A stretch of DNA of 64,000 bases, taken from positions 24,725-88,724 of the IMG/VR virus record IMGVR_UViG_3300036790_000261; one strand, given 5' to 3'. The notes below the pieces were generated by a model that was not told the DNA's origin, searched no databases, and was given only the letters and a program-made list of their open reading frames with translations. The position numbers and the translations under genes are program-made. Positions 18,250 to 29,232 of the stretch are shown one piece after another (the stretch's first letter is position 1; each line of letters starts with the position of its first letter). The stretch is from a virus (Duplodnaviria; Heunggongvirae; Uroviricota; Caudoviricetes).

Positions 18250-21200
18250 GTGCCGGCCTACTCAGGCAGCTCCTTCCCGTACTGGATGACGATCCAGGAC
18301 AACGGCTCTACGGCTAACGCCGGCGCTGTGTCTGAGAACATCCCGGTCACGGTCGGCACCAGCTACACGTTCACCGTCTCTGCTGCCTACTCCGGGTTCT
18401 TCTCCGGCGGCGTCAAGCTCACCCTGGAGTGGTTCACCTCCGGCGGGACGCCGATCAGCACGGTGACCGCGACCAGCGGCGCGATGTCTCCCGACGAGAT
18501 CGTCACCTTTTCTACGGCCTCGACCGCAGCCCCGTCTAGCGCAGCGTTCGCGATCGCCACCGTTGCGCTGAACGGGCTGCCCGGCGAGGCGAACGTGCTG
18601 TCGGTCTTCGCGGCGGCCGTCACCCCGGCAGGCTCGGTGCCGGTCAACCTGAACTACGCGTTCACCTGGACGTTCTGGCCGTGGACGCCGTCTAACAGCG
18701 CAACCCTCGGCTGGCAGGCCGACCAGTTCCTGCTGAACAACTCCGACTCGCTCACTCTGGCGCACACGATCGAGCTGATGGGCGGCGCCGGCGGTGTCTC
18801 CTGCCAGGCGATCCCCGAGCTACTCGACTCTAACGGCGTCGGCCCCCGTTACCGCATTCTCGCGCCCCCGTCGCTGAACTCCGCGGCGTTCGGCTACGAG
18901 TCGTCTTACGACCTGAACGCCCCGCAGCCGACCCAGGACGTCGTCGCGTCCATGCTGCTCGACGGCGAGCGCCCCTTCGGTACAAGGGCATCCAACAGGA
19001 CCATCTCGCTGCCGGTGATCATCTTCGGCACGCTCGCCGGCGGCATGCGCCAGGTTCTGGCGGCCCGCGAGTACCTGATGTCGCTGATCGACCAGCAGAC
19101 CTGGGAGATCGCCTGGACCCCGGCCGACACCGGTAAGCCGCTGATTTACGACGCGTTCCGGGCGCTGCCGTCCGTCCCGGTCTACGGCATGAACCACTCG
19201 GCTGGCGGTGCCGCGAGCAACTCGACGGTCGGCCGGGCGAACTACCCGATCGCGCTGATCACGCTGACGGTCCAGGCGCTGCCCTACGGGCGCTCAGACA
19301 TCGACGGCGTGCAGACCCTGCCGGTCAGCAACAGCCTGATCAACGCGCCCGTGCCGCCCGGGGCGCAGCTTCTCGACAACTTCTCCGTGGTCACCCCCGG
19401 CATGGGCTGGGTGCAAGACGAGTCCAAGTTCGTTCAGGGCGGTACCGCAAGCATTCGCTACGACGCGCCCGTTCCCCTGTCCAGCCCGTACCCGGCGGCT
19501 GTCTACGCGGCTGCGCTCAGCTCGCCGGTCAGCATCATGGGGCTGCCTGCAGTATCGGTCTGGCTCGGCCAGGCGTATGACACCCAGTGGCCCGCGGCGC
19601 CGACGTTTGCCTCTAACGTCACCCTGGCCTGGACGCTGCTGGACGGCAGCGAGCGCGCCCTGTCATTCTCGACGACTCACAATGCCGCGGCCTGGGGCGC
19701 GTCCCCGTCCACTCCCAAATGGACCCTGGTGTCAGCGCCGGTTCCGCAGGGGAACCAGAACTTCTCCTACGGGAACGTCGTCGCCTACTCAGTGCGGCTT
19801 ACCAACTGGGCCGGCTCGGGCAACACCGGCTTCGTCCGGATGCACGCCTGGCTGAACGACCTGACCGCCAACCCGCAGACCGTCGCCAACCAGGCCAGCC
19901 CCCGCGGCATCTTGTACAACCTGTTCTCACTGCCGGGCAGCGCGCGGGCGCCGGTCAACGTGCAGTGCCAGCTGCCCGCTACCGCGCCCGTCGTGCAGGA
20001 GATCACCAGTCCCGCGTCAGGCACCTGGATCGTGCCGCCCGCGGTGTACGCGCTGCAGGCTGAGGCGTGGGGCGGCGGCGGCAGCGGCGCTACCGTCAAC
20101 CAGTCCCGCCCGACGGCAGGCGCAGGCGGCGGCGGCGGTGAGTACGCGGCTGAGTCGCTGCTGGCAGTTGTCCCCGGGACGGCGATCCCCTACAGCCTTG
20201 GCGCCGGCGGCACCCCGTCCCAGATTCAGCAGACGGTCATCGACCAGACGGTGCCCGGCCTGCACAACTGGGTCGCCCCGGCGAACGTTACCTCCCTGCT
20301 GGTGGAGTGCTTCGGCGGCGGCGCGGCAGGCGCGGCGGGAGCTGGTGGCGGTGGCGCGGGCGGGTACTCGTCCTCGACCCTCACCGTCGTCCCCGGCACC
20401 TCTTACCTGATCTCCGTCGGCGCCGGCGGCATGGCGAACACGGGCACCACCTCGGCGGACAACGCTGCCCGCAACGGCGGTGCCTCCTGGTTCGGCGCGT
20501 CGACGGCGACCGGCCCGTCTAACGCGCTAGTCGCTGCCTCCGGCGGTACCTCACCGCAAACCGGAACCGCAAGCGGAGGCTCAGGCGGTAACAACGCCGG
20601 GTGCCCTGGCACGACGCAGTTCCCCGGTGGCAACGGCGGTCATGCCCCCGGCGGCGGCGGAGGCGGCGGCGGCGGCTGCGGCGGGCACAGTGGTCACGGC
20701 GGGCACGGCCGGGCGCCTAACGCCAACGGCAACGGCGCCGCCTGGTGCGGCAACGGCCAGGGCGGTAACGGCAACGGGCAGGGCGGCGGCGGCGGCAACG
20801 GCTCGTCCGCGCCCGGTACCCCGTCGGGCGGCAGTTCTCCCGGCGGCGGCGGCGGCGGCGGCTTCTGCGGCTCGTTCTTCCAGTTCGCCGCGCAGGCCGC
20901 GCAGGCAACCCCCGGCCAGGCGCAGGTCAACTACATGGGGGCCAACGGCGCCAACGGCATGGTGCAGCTGACCTACGCGATCGGCAACGGAAACCCGGTT
21001 AACGGCGGGGCGACCACCTTCGGCTCCAGCGCCACGACGGGCGTCACCGTGACTGCTAACGGCGGCTCCAGCGCAGCGATCAACGCGGCGACGGGCGCGG
21101 CGGGCGGTTCCGGCTCGGCGAACACGGTTCACGCGTCCGGGGGTGCGGGCGGGCTGGACACCGGTACCTCGATGGGCAGCTGGATGCTCGGCCCGTCGGT

Positions 21201-23484
21201 GAGCTCCCTGTTCCAGACGCTGTCCTCGTTCAGCTACACCACGGCGACGCACACCTCGGGCACCGCGGGCAGTTCGTGCGCGCAGGGCGTCGGCATGGTC
21301 CTCGTCCAGTCGACTGCGCCGGTGCAGGACCTGACCGTGCAGGACTCGGCGGGCAACGTCTACCTGAACCAGGGGCAGCAGGGCGGCGGCACCGGCGGGG
21401 CAACGGGCTGCGTGTACCTGTTCACCGCGCCGCTGGTCTTCCCGATTACCACCGGCACCACCCTGGCCCTGGCCTCGGCGACCGCCCAGCAGTACGGGGC
21501 GATCTGGTACGCCTCACCGTGGGCGCTGGACGCCACCGGCTCCAACACCGGGCAGGCCAACGGCACCGGCACCGCGCTGAGCGGCCAGTTCGGCGTAGCC
21601 GACAACGTCTCCGCGCAGTACGAGCTCGTCGTCGCCTTCAACGCCACCAGCCAGAGCTTCGGCACCCCGACGTTCGGCGGTAAGCTCTGGTACGCCCCTG
21701 GCTCGACGAGCTCACTGACCTCGGGCAGCCTCTCGATGCAGGCGTACGTCGGGCTGAACGAGGGAGGCGGCACCGGAAGCGCTAACGGTGACGCCTTCGC
21801 CCTAACGCTGGGCGGCTCGTCGAGCTGGGCGGTGCTGTGCATCCCGATCCTGGCGGCGAGCCAGCAGGCGTACGTACCGCAGCTCGACTGGCGGGCCGGC
21901 ACCACCCCGGGCACCTCTACTACCTGGGGCACGGACTGCTCAATCTCCGCTGAGGGCATGATCGCGGTGGTCGGCATGGCCGGCTCCGGCAGCGGCATCA
22001 CCGCAGGCCCGTCGGCTGTCTCTGACCAGGGCGGGAACGCCTACACGATCCAGAGCACCACGCTGCTGCCCGCTAACGGCGGGGTAATGTTCCTGGCGAC
22101 CGCCCCGGTGACCGCAGCGATGGCGCAGGGCGCGTCCGGTACCGTCAGCTGGGGTCATGCGTCGGGCGCACCCAATTACTGGACGGCCGCGTACTGGATT
22201 CCCAACGCAACAGGCCTCGACGGGGTGTCTGCTGTCACCGGCAACAGCGGCACCCCGTCGGGGACGTACGCACCGAACAGCACGAGCCCGATGGCGCTGG
22301 CGTTCCTCGGCAACGCGGTCAGTGTTACCGCTGCCTCCGGCATGGCCGCGCCGTGGAACTACCTTGACCTCAACAACCAGAACTACCTGACCGGCCAGAC
22401 GTGGGCCAGCCAGGTTACCGACCGCACGGCCGTTACCGCCGCGACCACGATGACGTCGGACCCGTGGGGGCTGATGCTGATCGGCTTCGCGATGTCCGTG
22501 CGGGCAGCAGGCGGCGGCGCGGCGGGCGGGCCCGGTAACGCGGGGTACCCGTCTACCTTCTACGCGGGCGGCCCCGGGTACTCCGGCGGCGGCAAGGGCG
22601 GGCTCGGCGCGCAGTCCCTGAACACCCAGGGCGGCGGCGCCAGCCTGCCCGGAGGCGGCGGCGGCGGGTCGTTCGGCTCGACCACCACCTCGATCGAGGG
22701 CGGGCAGGGCGGGCAGGGCGCGGCCAGGCTTACCTATTCTCCGCCGCTCACCCCGTTCAACACGCTGCTCGTGCACCGGCCCGGCACTAACGCGAACCAG
22801 AACCTCAACCCGCTGGTGCCCATCCCGTTCTCCGACGTGCCGAATAACACCCAGTACGTCGTCGCCAACGCGGTGCAGCCGAACGTCAACGCGGTGTTCA
22901 ACTCGACCTACTCGGTGCTGCTAGTCAGCCACACCTGGAACTCCGCGACCCTCGGGGTAGCCCGCACGGTCACCGTGACCATCTCGCAGTTTGAGTACCA
23001 GGGCGGCCCGGCCAGCTCGGTGCAGGTCAGCCGGTCGATCGTGCCCGCTACCGACATCGTCAACGGCATCGTCAACATGGGCGACGTCACGTTGCCGATC
23101 AAGGACTACGCCAAGTTCAACGACCAGTCGTACTTCACGGTCTCGATCAACGACACCGACCAGTCGGACCGCTACATGGACGTGCTTTTCCTCGATACGA
23201 CCGGGCAGACTGTCCTGCTGAATATCGACCCGTCGCAGCCGGGCTACAACAGCTACGTCAACTACTACATCGACGAGCCCACCGCCGACCGGGACCTCGG
23301 GTTCATCGGCGGCACCACCCAGGACCGGCAGCACAACGTCTCGCTGATGGAGTACACGTTCATCTCCGGCGGCCCGCTGTACATCGGCGCGGGCGACAAC
23401 CTGCTGCTCACCTACAGTCCAAGTGGGGCGCCCAGTCTAGGGGTATCGTATTCTCCTCGCTGGTACCTAGATAGAATAGTGTGA
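18250..23484 (+). CDS. minor tail/fibre protein, glycine-rich (Gly_rich-type repeats)
   Basis: 1744 aa; repeated modules GGGGxGxxYAxE...VVPGTxYxIxVGAGG; poly-Gly/(GGC)n tracts. Confidence 0.6.
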   Translation: MPAYSGSSFPYWMTIQDNGSTANAGAVSENIPVTVGTSYTFTVSAAYSGFFSGGVKLTLEWFTSGGTPISTVTATSGAMSPDEIVTFSTASTAAPSSAAFAIATVALNGLPGEANVLSVFAAAVTPAGSVPVNLNYAFTWTFWPWTPSNSATLGWQADQFLLNNSDSLTLAHTIELMGGAGGVSCQAIPELLDSNGVGPRYRILAPPSLNSAAFGYESSYDLNAPQPTQDVVASMLLDGERPFGTRASNRTISLPVIIFGTLAGGMRQVLAAREYLMSLIDQQTWEIAWTPADTGKPLIYDAFRALPSVPVYGMNHSAGGAASNSTVGRANYPIALITLTVQALPYGRSDIDGVQTLPVSNSLINAPVPPGAQLLDNFSVVTPGMGWVQDESKFVQGGTASIRYDAPVPLSSPYPAAVYAAALSSPVSIMGLPAVSVWLGQAYDTQWPAAPTFASNVTLAWTLLDGSERALSFSTTHNAAAWGASPSTPKWTLVSAPVPQGNQNFSYGNVVAYSVRLTNWAGSGNTGFVRMHAWLNDLTANPQTVANQASPRGILYNLFSLPGSARAPVNVQCQLPATAPVVQEITSPASGTWIVPPAVYALQAEAWGGGGSGATVNQSRPTAGAGGGGGEYAAESLLAVVPGTAIPYSLGAGGTPSQIQQTVIDQTVPGLHNWVAPANVTSLLVECFGGGAAGAAGAGGGGAGGYSSSTLTVVPGTSYLISVGAGGMANTGTTSADNAARNGGASWFGASTATGPSNALVAASGGTSPQTGTASGGSGGNNAGCPGTTQFPGGNGGHAPGGGGGGGGGCGGHSGHGGHGRAPNANGNGAAWCGNGQGGNGNGQGGGGGNGSSAPGTPSGGSSPGGGGGGGFCGSFFQFAAQAAQATPGQAQVNYMGANGANGMVQLTYAIGNGNPVNGGATTFGSSATTGVTVTANGGSSAAINAATGAAGGSGSANTVHASGGAGGLDTGTSMGSWMLGPSVSSLFQTLSSFSYTTATHTSGTAGSSCAQGVGMVLVQSTAPVQDLTVQDSAGNVYLNQGQQGGGTGGATGCVYLFTAPLVFPITTGTTLALASATAQQYGAIWYASPWALDATGSNTGQANGTGTALSGQFGVADNVSAQYELVVAFNATSQSFGTPTFGGKLWYAPGSTSSLTSGSLSMQAYVGLNEGGGTGSANGDAFALTLGGSSSWAVLCIPILAASQQAYVPQLDWRAGTTPGTSTTWGTDCSISAEGMIAVVGMAGSGSGITAGPSAVSDQGGNAYTIQSTTLLPANGGVMFLATAPVTAAMAQGASGTVSWGHASGAPNYWTAAYWIPNATGLDGVSAVTGNSGTPSGTYAPNSTSPMALAFLGNAVSVTAASGMAAPWNYLDLNNQNYLTGQTWASQVTDRTAVTAATTMTSDPWGLMLIGFAMSVRAAGGGAAGGPGNAGYPSTFYAGGPGYSGGGKGGLGAQSLNTQGGGASLPGGGGGGSFGSTTTSIEGGQGGQGAARLTYSPPLTPFNTLLVHRPGTNANQNLNPLVPIPFSDVPNNTQYVVANAVQPNVNAVFNSTYSVLLVSHTWNSATLGVARTVTVTISQFEYQGGPASSVQVSRSIVPATDIVNGIVNMGDVTLPIKDYAKFNDQSYFTVSINDTDQSDRYMDVLFLDTTGQTVLLNIDPSQPGYNSYVNYYIDEPTADRDLGFIGGTTQDRQHNVSLMEYTFISGGPLYIGAGDNLLLTYSPSGAPSLGVSYSPRWYLDRIV

Positions 23485-23498
23485 CGGGGGGTACCTGA

Positions 23499-26400
23499 GT
23501 GACCTCGACCCCCCCGAAGCCAAGCCTGCTCAAGTCCACCGCGCTCGCCCAGGCCACGGCGGTGGCCAACCGGCTGAACTCCCTGCTGCCCACGGTGCCG
23601 AGTGCCGAGTCGCCGGTCACCGTGTACCAGGCGGGCACCATCGGGGTGGGCGGGCAGCTGAGCGCGCCTACCTCGGTGTTCCCGGTCGGCACCGGCTATT
23701 ACGGGGTGTGGACGGCGCCGGACCTGAACGACGGCAAGCCGTACACGATGCAGGTGGAGTGCTTCGGCGGCGGCGGCGGCGGCGGGGGCGGGTCCTCCAC
23801 TTCGGGCGGCGGCGGCGGGGGCGGGGCTGAGTACGCCCGGGAGACCTCGTACCCGGTCAAGCCCGGCGTCAACTACGTCTACGTGGTGGGAGTACCCGGC
23901 TCGGCGGGCACGGCGAACAACGACGACAACCAGGGCGCGACCGCGGGCGGCACCGGGGGGCTGACCGTATTTGACATCGCCGGAAGCGGCGTCGCGGGCG
24001 GCGTGCAGGCCAACGGGGGCCAGGGCGGGGATGTCGGCAATACCGGCATCGGCGGGAACGGGGGCCTGGGCAGCTTCAACACCACTGAGTTCCAAGGTGG
24101 CCCGGGTGGTACCAACCTTCCAGGCGGCGGGGGCGGTTCCGGCGGCCAGGGCGGTACCGACAATCCCATCGCACTGCTGAACGCAGGGCTGCTGAGCTCG
24201 CCGCCGGTCGCCTGGTACCTGATGAACGACGCGTCGTCCAACGGGCAGCTGAACGACAACAGCGGCGACGACAACCCGGCTAACCCGGGCAGCTACGGCG
24301 GCGGCGGCCTCGCCTACGGGCAGCCGGGAGCCCCGTCCCAGGTCCCCGCGTACGTCAGCCCCGGCAACCCGCCGAGCTCCCCCAACCCGACGACCGCCGG
24401 AACCCAGCTGCGGTTCGTCCTCGCCCAGCTGAACCAGCAGTCCGGTTACGCGCTGTGCCCCGGCTTCGCCTTCTCCGGGCACCAGGTCACCGTCTCGGGC
24501 TGGGTGACCCCGGACCCGACGGGCACCTGGGGCAACACCGCGACCGGCTCGCGGGCGGTCATCGCCACTAACTGCACGGGGTACGCGAACTCCAGCACCG
24601 CGGGCGTCGCCCTGTACTTCAAGAACTCCGGCACCAGCGCTCACCCGAGCTGGACGCTGAACTTCTACTGCGCTAGCTCAGGCTCGCACCAGACGGTCAG
24701 CGTCAGCGTCCCGCCGGTCGCGAACACCCCGGTCTACGTGGCGGCCACCTTCAGCTCCGGCGCGATGACCGTGTACGTCAACGGCACCTCGGCGGGCACG
24801 GCCACCGCGGGCTTCAGCAGCCTGCCCGGCTTCCCGACGGTGCCGTTCGGCGTGACGCTGGGCGCGGACCCGCGGATCACCACCGACTGGTTCTTCGGCT
24901 ACATGTCCAACCTGTGGTTCTCGCCCGGCGTGCTGAGCTCAGCGGGCGTGACCCAGGCGTTCAGCGGCTCCGGCGGCAGCTCAACCGAGGGCGGGGCCGG
25001 CGGCGGCGCGTCGGGCGGGCCGGCGGCACTCGGCGGCGCCGGGGCGGCAGGCAGCGGGTCGACGGGCGGGGCCGGGGGGACACCCGCTACCCAGCCTGCG
25101 ACAGACGTCGGCCTGAACACCCCGGCCTCAGCGGGCATCGCGGGCGCGGCGGGTAACGCCGGCAACCCGGGTATCACCGGCGCGGCGGGCGCGGGCGGCG
25201 GCGGGGCAGGCAGCTCGACGTCACCCCCGAATATCGTCACCGTCCAGGTGCCGTTCGTCACGGCGGCCTCTTACTGCGGGACGGACGCGACCGGCGGCAG
25301 CGCGGGCACGGTGTACAACCCGGTCATCCAGGGCGCCACCGGGCGGCTGTTCACCGGCGGCCAGTCGCAGGACGCGGCATCGGGCTCCAAGAACTCTCTG
25401 CTGGTCCTGCCGCCCAGCCTGGCGGCCAGCCTGCAGCCGGGCAGCTTCACCGTGCTCCGGGTGACCCTGACGGTAACCAGCGCTAACCCGCAGGCGGCGC
25501 AGAACGCGCTGATGCAGGTCGGCTGGGCGGCCGACACGTTCCTGCCGATCACCTACGACGCGAGTGACACCGCGGGCTCGGCGGGCGTGGTGGAGATCCC
25601 GGCCGGGGCGTTCACCGTCACCGCGGACCTGACCGAGTCTCAGCTGGGCGCGTTCCTGCAAAACGGCGGCGCTAAGGCGCTGGTTCTCGGCCCTGGCCCC
25701 AGCCCGACCTTCGCCGCTTACAACTCCGACACCGCGGCTGACTTCTACACGGCTGTCTACGGGCCGGGCGCGGTAGACAGCGCGGGCAACAGCCTGGCCC
25801 CGTTCCTTACGGTCACCTACGCGCAGTCGACGACCGTGCAGCAGGGGTCGCCCGGCGGCGCGGGCGCGGTGCTGCTGACCTTCCTCAACCAGGCGCAGAC
25901 ACTGGTCGGCAACTGGACCGCCGCGGACGGCATCAACGCCTCCGGCGGCCAGCTCACTGAGACGACGGTCGTACTCGGCTCGACCTTGCAGGACGCTGCC
26001 CGGATGAACGCGATCCGCGAGCAGGTCAGGGCTGAGGTCAAGGCGGAGAACCGCGCGATGATCAGGGAGGCGATGGCCCGGCTCGGCTCGGTTCCGGGGG
26101 CGCCGGGCACCCTGCTCGGCTACACGGCGGGCATGACCACGGTTACCCAGACGACGCCGGGTACCTACACGTTCACCGTGCCTTCTGACGTCACCTCGCT
26201 GAGCGTCGCCTGCTGGGGCGCGGGCGCGGGCGCTACCGGGGGCAGCACCAGCCAGGGGCAGGGCGGCGGCGGCGGCGGCGCGTACGCGGGCGAGCCGAAC
26301 TACAACGCCGCCCCGGGTGACGTGCTCACTTACATTGTCGGGGCGGGCGGCGCCGGGGACCACGTCGGGTCGAATAATTCGCCGGACGGCGGGTTCAGCG

Positions 26401-27464
26401 CGTTCGACACCCTTAACATCGACGGTCCCGGGGTCCTGGCTAACGGCGGCCAGCATTACAGCAGCAGCCGCAACTTCGGGCCCGGCGGCACGACCTCGGG
26501 CAACACCGTCAGCTTCGCCGGCGGCAACGGCGGCCCGCTGAACTCCGGGCAGAACAACGGCTCCGGCGGCGGCGGCTCGGCGGGCGCGGGCGGTAACGGC
26601 GGCGGCGGCAACTCGGGTGTCACCGGCGGCCACGCGGGCTCGGGCGGCGGCGCGGCGGGCGGCGCGGGGTCTACTAACGGCAGCGGCTCAGGCGGCAGTG
26701 CGCCGGGTGCGGGCGGCGGCGGCGCCAGCCAGGGCACCAGTGCGTTCACCGGCGGCTCGGGCGCTAACGGCAAGGTCGTCATTACCTACGTCTCGTCCAC
26801 CGCGCTGGCGACCTCGATCGCGACGGCCTCAGGCAGTGACGCGGCGGGCAACCCGTACCCGACCGGCATCGGCACGACTGAGCTCGCGGTGAGCGGCACC
26901 ACCACGACGGCGAACCAGATGGTCAGCAACACCACCACGACCAACGTGCTCGCCGTCACCACCAACGCCACCGTCGGCGGCAACCACACCGTCACCGGCA
27001 ACGTCGCGGTCGGCGGCGTCATCACCGGCCCGTCGGGCGGCACCCTGGAGTCCAGCAGCGGCGTGCACGTAGCCGGCGCCACCCTGATAGACGGCGGCCT
27101 GACCGTCAGCAGCACCGGGGCGAGCATCAGCGGCGGCACCGACACCGACTCGCTGACGGTCAGCGGCGGCTCGACAACTGAGCTCGCCGCCGGCCTGCAC
27201 GCGGGCGGTGCCATCCTGGCTGACGGCGGGCTGACCAGCACGACCATCGTCACCGCCAACGGCTCCGGTACCAGCGAGTACACCGGCGGCATTCACGCGG
27301 GCGGTGCCGTCCAGGCCGACGGGGGCTTCATCGGGCCGGCCATCCCGGGGTTCCCGGTTTCCATGGGCGTGACCATCGGCACTGTGTCCGGCTCCGGCTC
27401 CAACGTGATTGCTACCGGCGGGCTCGTCAACCTGCTCAACGCCATCAACTCGGCACTGACTTAG
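23499..27464 (+). CDS. minor tail/fibre protein, glycine-rich
   Basis: 1321 aa; same module type (ECFGGGGGGGG...AEYARE...VKPGVNYVYVVGVPG); C-terminal beta-rich repeats. Confidence 0.6.
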   Translation: MTSTPPKPSLLKSTALAQATAVANRLNSLLPTVPSAESPVTVYQAGTIGVGGQLSAPTSVFPVGTGYYGVWTAPDLNDGKPYTMQVECFGGGGGGGGGSSTSGGGGGGGAEYARETSYPVKPGVNYVYVVGVPGSAGTANNDDNQGATAGGTGGLTVFDIAGSGVAGGVQANGGQGGDVGNTGIGGNGGLGSFNTTEFQGGPGGTNLPGGGGGSGGQGGTDNPIALLNAGLLSSPPVAWYLMNDASSNGQLNDNSGDDNPANPGSYGGGGLAYGQPGAPSQVPAYVSPGNPPSSPNPTTAGTQLRFVLAQLNQQSGYALCPGFAFSGHQVTVSGWVTPDPTGTWGNTATGSRAVIATNCTGYANSSTAGVALYFKNSGTSAHPSWTLNFYCASSGSHQTVSVSVPPVANTPVYVAATFSSGAMTVYVNGTSAGTATAGFSSLPGFPTVPFGVTLGADPRITTDWFFGYMSNLWFSPGVLSSAGVTQAFSGSGGSSTEGGAGGGASGGPAALGGAGAAGSGSTGGAGGTPATQPATDVGLNTPASAGIAGAAGNAGNPGITGAAGAGGGGAGSSTSPPNIVTVQVPFVTAASYCGTDATGGSAGTVYNPVIQGATGRLFTGGQSQDAASGSKNSLLVLPPSLAASLQPGSFTVLRVTLTVTSANPQAAQNALMQVGWAADTFLPITYDASDTAGSAGVVEIPAGAFTVTADLTESQLGAFLQNGGAKALVLGPGPSPTFAAYNSDTAADFYTAVYGPGAVDSAGNSLAPFLTVTYAQSTTVQQGSPGGAGAVLLTFLNQAQTLVGNWTAADGINASGGQLTETTVVLGSTLQDAARMNAIREQVRAEVKAENRAMIREAMARLGSVPGAPGTLLGYTAGMTTVTQTTPGTYTFTVPSDVTSLSVACWGAGAGATGGSTSQGQGGGGGGAYAGEPNYNAAPGDVLTYIVGAGGAGDHVGSNNSPDGGFSAFDTLNIDGPGVLANGGQHYSSSRNFGPGGTTSGNTVSFAGGNGGPLNSGQNNGSGGGGSAGAGGNGGGGNSGVTGGHAGSGGGAAGGAGSTNGSGSGGSAPGAGGGGASQGTSAFTGGSGANGKVVITYVSSTALATSIATASGSDAAGNPYPTGIGTTELAVSGTTTTANQMVSNTTTTNVLAVTTNATVGGNHTVTGNVAVGGVITGPSGGTLESSSGVHVAGATLIDGGLTVSSTGASISGGTDTDSLTVSGGSTTELAAGLHAGGAILADGGLTSTTIVTANGSGTSEYTGGIHAGGAVQADGGFIGPAIPGFPVSMGVTIGTVSGSGSNVIATGGLVNLLNAINSALT

Positions 27465-27472
27465 GAGGCGGC

Positions 27473-29200
27473 ATGGCCTTTGAGAAGCTCGACGCCACCC
27501 TGCTGTGCACGTGGGCACCCCCGCTGCCGCGCCGCGCGTTTCCTATTCAGGCGGCCGGGGTGACCAGTGACGGGATCAGCCTGGGCGGGGTGGCGGTCAA
27601 CGGGCAGCGGTACGGGTACTTCCTGCTGAACACCAGCCAGTGGCCGGTGAGCGCGAGCCTGAACCTGCCGCCGGTGAACGTGGGGGAGCGGTTCCAGCTG
27701 TGCACCGCCGCCTCCGGGTCAACGTTCCCGCCGATGCCCGCGTTCGCCACCGGGCAGGCGCTGCCCGCGTCCCTGGTCTCCGGGTCCGGCAGCGGCAGCA
27801 GCGCCCCGGCGCCCGACCTGTTTGACGTCTTCCTGATGTTCAACACGGAGTACGTCAAGAAGGACCCGACGCTGTGCTCCGTGGTTTCCACCCGGCAGAA
27901 CTCAGCGAACTCCTGGTACGTGTACTACTCGCCGTACAACCCGACGGTGACGGTGACGCCGAACAAGGACGGGTTCGTCACGGTACCGGAGCTGTCGAAC
28001 CCGAAGTGGCTCGGCCAGGCGGGGCACGTCGCCGGCCTGAACTACACCTACGCGATCCCGGGCGGCCCGGACCAGCTGACCTGCCTGCTGCAGGTTGAGC
28101 CGAACTACCGGACCGACGCGATCAACCCGGGACGGGTGGTCACCGCGCACCGCGGCGGCTCCTGCATCTGGGAGGGCACCCTGACCGAGCCGACCCCGTC
28201 CCCGACCGGCTGGCAGCTGACCGCCAACGGCTGCGGTACCTACGGCAGCAACTTCAGCGCCTGGTGGCAGCTGAGCTACCCGGACTCCTGGTCGGTGGAC
28301 GGCCCGATTGACCTGGCGATCGCCCGCGGGCTGCGCTGGACGAACCTCGGGCTGAATAACCCGGGCGGCATCTACCTCGGGCCGGTGCAGAACCCGGGGT
28401 CGCTGACCATGACTGACTTCATGAACCTGCTGTGCACCGGCGGGGCGCTGTCCTGGCAGCTGGTGCAGCCGCCGTCAGCGAGCTCGTTCCCGCCGGGCCC
28501 GTGGGTGATCGACCTGTTCCCGCTGCCGACTGACACCTCAGGCAACCCGATTGCGTCGGCGCCGAGCAACGTCTTGTCCTCCCAGCTGTTCACCTTTAAC
28601 CGGTGGTCCCGGTCAGACCTGTCGTCCACCTTGTCCCGGCGACCGCCGGACCTGTACGTCGTCAACACGAACCCGATCGGCCGGACGATCACTGCCGACA
28701 TCAACACGATCGTGATCTACTACCAGGTCACGGCGGATACCACCGCGACCAGCACCGACGCGGCCGTCGCGGCGACCTACGGCACCACGTTCGCGGACAT
28801 CCCCGCCTCCGTCGCGATGCACGGGCGGCTGGAGTACTTCCTGGACGTCAGCTCAGCCGGGGTGATGACCCAGCCGCAGGCCGCGGCAATCGGGCAGAAC
28901 GTGCTGAGCAAGTACGTGCGGGCGAACTTCTCCGGCAGCTTCACCGTGCAGCCGGGACAGCTGCTGAACGTCGGCGGCTTCCCTGTTGACCTCGGCTGCA
29001 ACTGGGGCGGTTACATGGCCTCGGTGCAGGTGGAGAACTTCGCGGCCGGCGGCGAGGTCGGCTTCGCGCCGATGACGTTTCAGATCGGGGAGTACGCCTT
29101 CGACGACGACACCCAGACGGCAACGGTTACCCCGTACCAGAACGCGCGGAACGACCTGGCGAGCGTTGTTGCGCAGCTTTATCCCGGGAAGTTTTCCTGA
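27473..29200 (+). CDS. minor tail protein (putative)
   Basis: 575-aa ORF coupled to fibre gene (stop/start 9 nt apart). Confidence 0.45.
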   Translation: MAFEKLDATLLCTWAPPLPRRAFPIQAAGVTSDGISLGGVAVNGQRYGYFLLNTSQWPVSASLNLPPVNVGERFQLCTAASGSTFPPMPAFATGQALPASLVSGSGSGSSAPAPDLFDVFLMFNTEYVKKDPTLCSVVSTRQNSANSWYVYYSPYNPTVTVTPNKDGFVTVPELSNPKWLGQAGHVAGLNYTYAIPGGPDQLTCLLQVEPNYRTDAINPGRVVTAHRGGSCIWEGTLTEPTPSPTGWQLTANGCGTYGSNFSAWWQLSYPDSWSVDGPIDLAIARGLRWTNLGLNNPGGIYLGPVQNPGSLTMTDFMNLLCTGGALSWQLVQPPSASSFPPGPWVIDLFPLPTDTSGNPIASAPSNVLSSQLFTFNRWSRSDLSSTLSRRPPDLYVVNTNPIGRTITADINTIVIYYQVTADTTATSTDAAVAATYGTTFADIPASVAMHGRLEYFLDVSSAGVMTQPQAAAIGQNVLSKYVRANFSGSFTVQPGQLLNVGGFPVDLGCNWGGYMASVQVENFAAGGEVGFAPMTFQIGEYAFDDDTQTATVTPYQNARNDLASVVAQLYPGKFS

Positions 29201-29232
29201 AACTTTAACTGAGAACGTGCTAGCTTCAAGGC

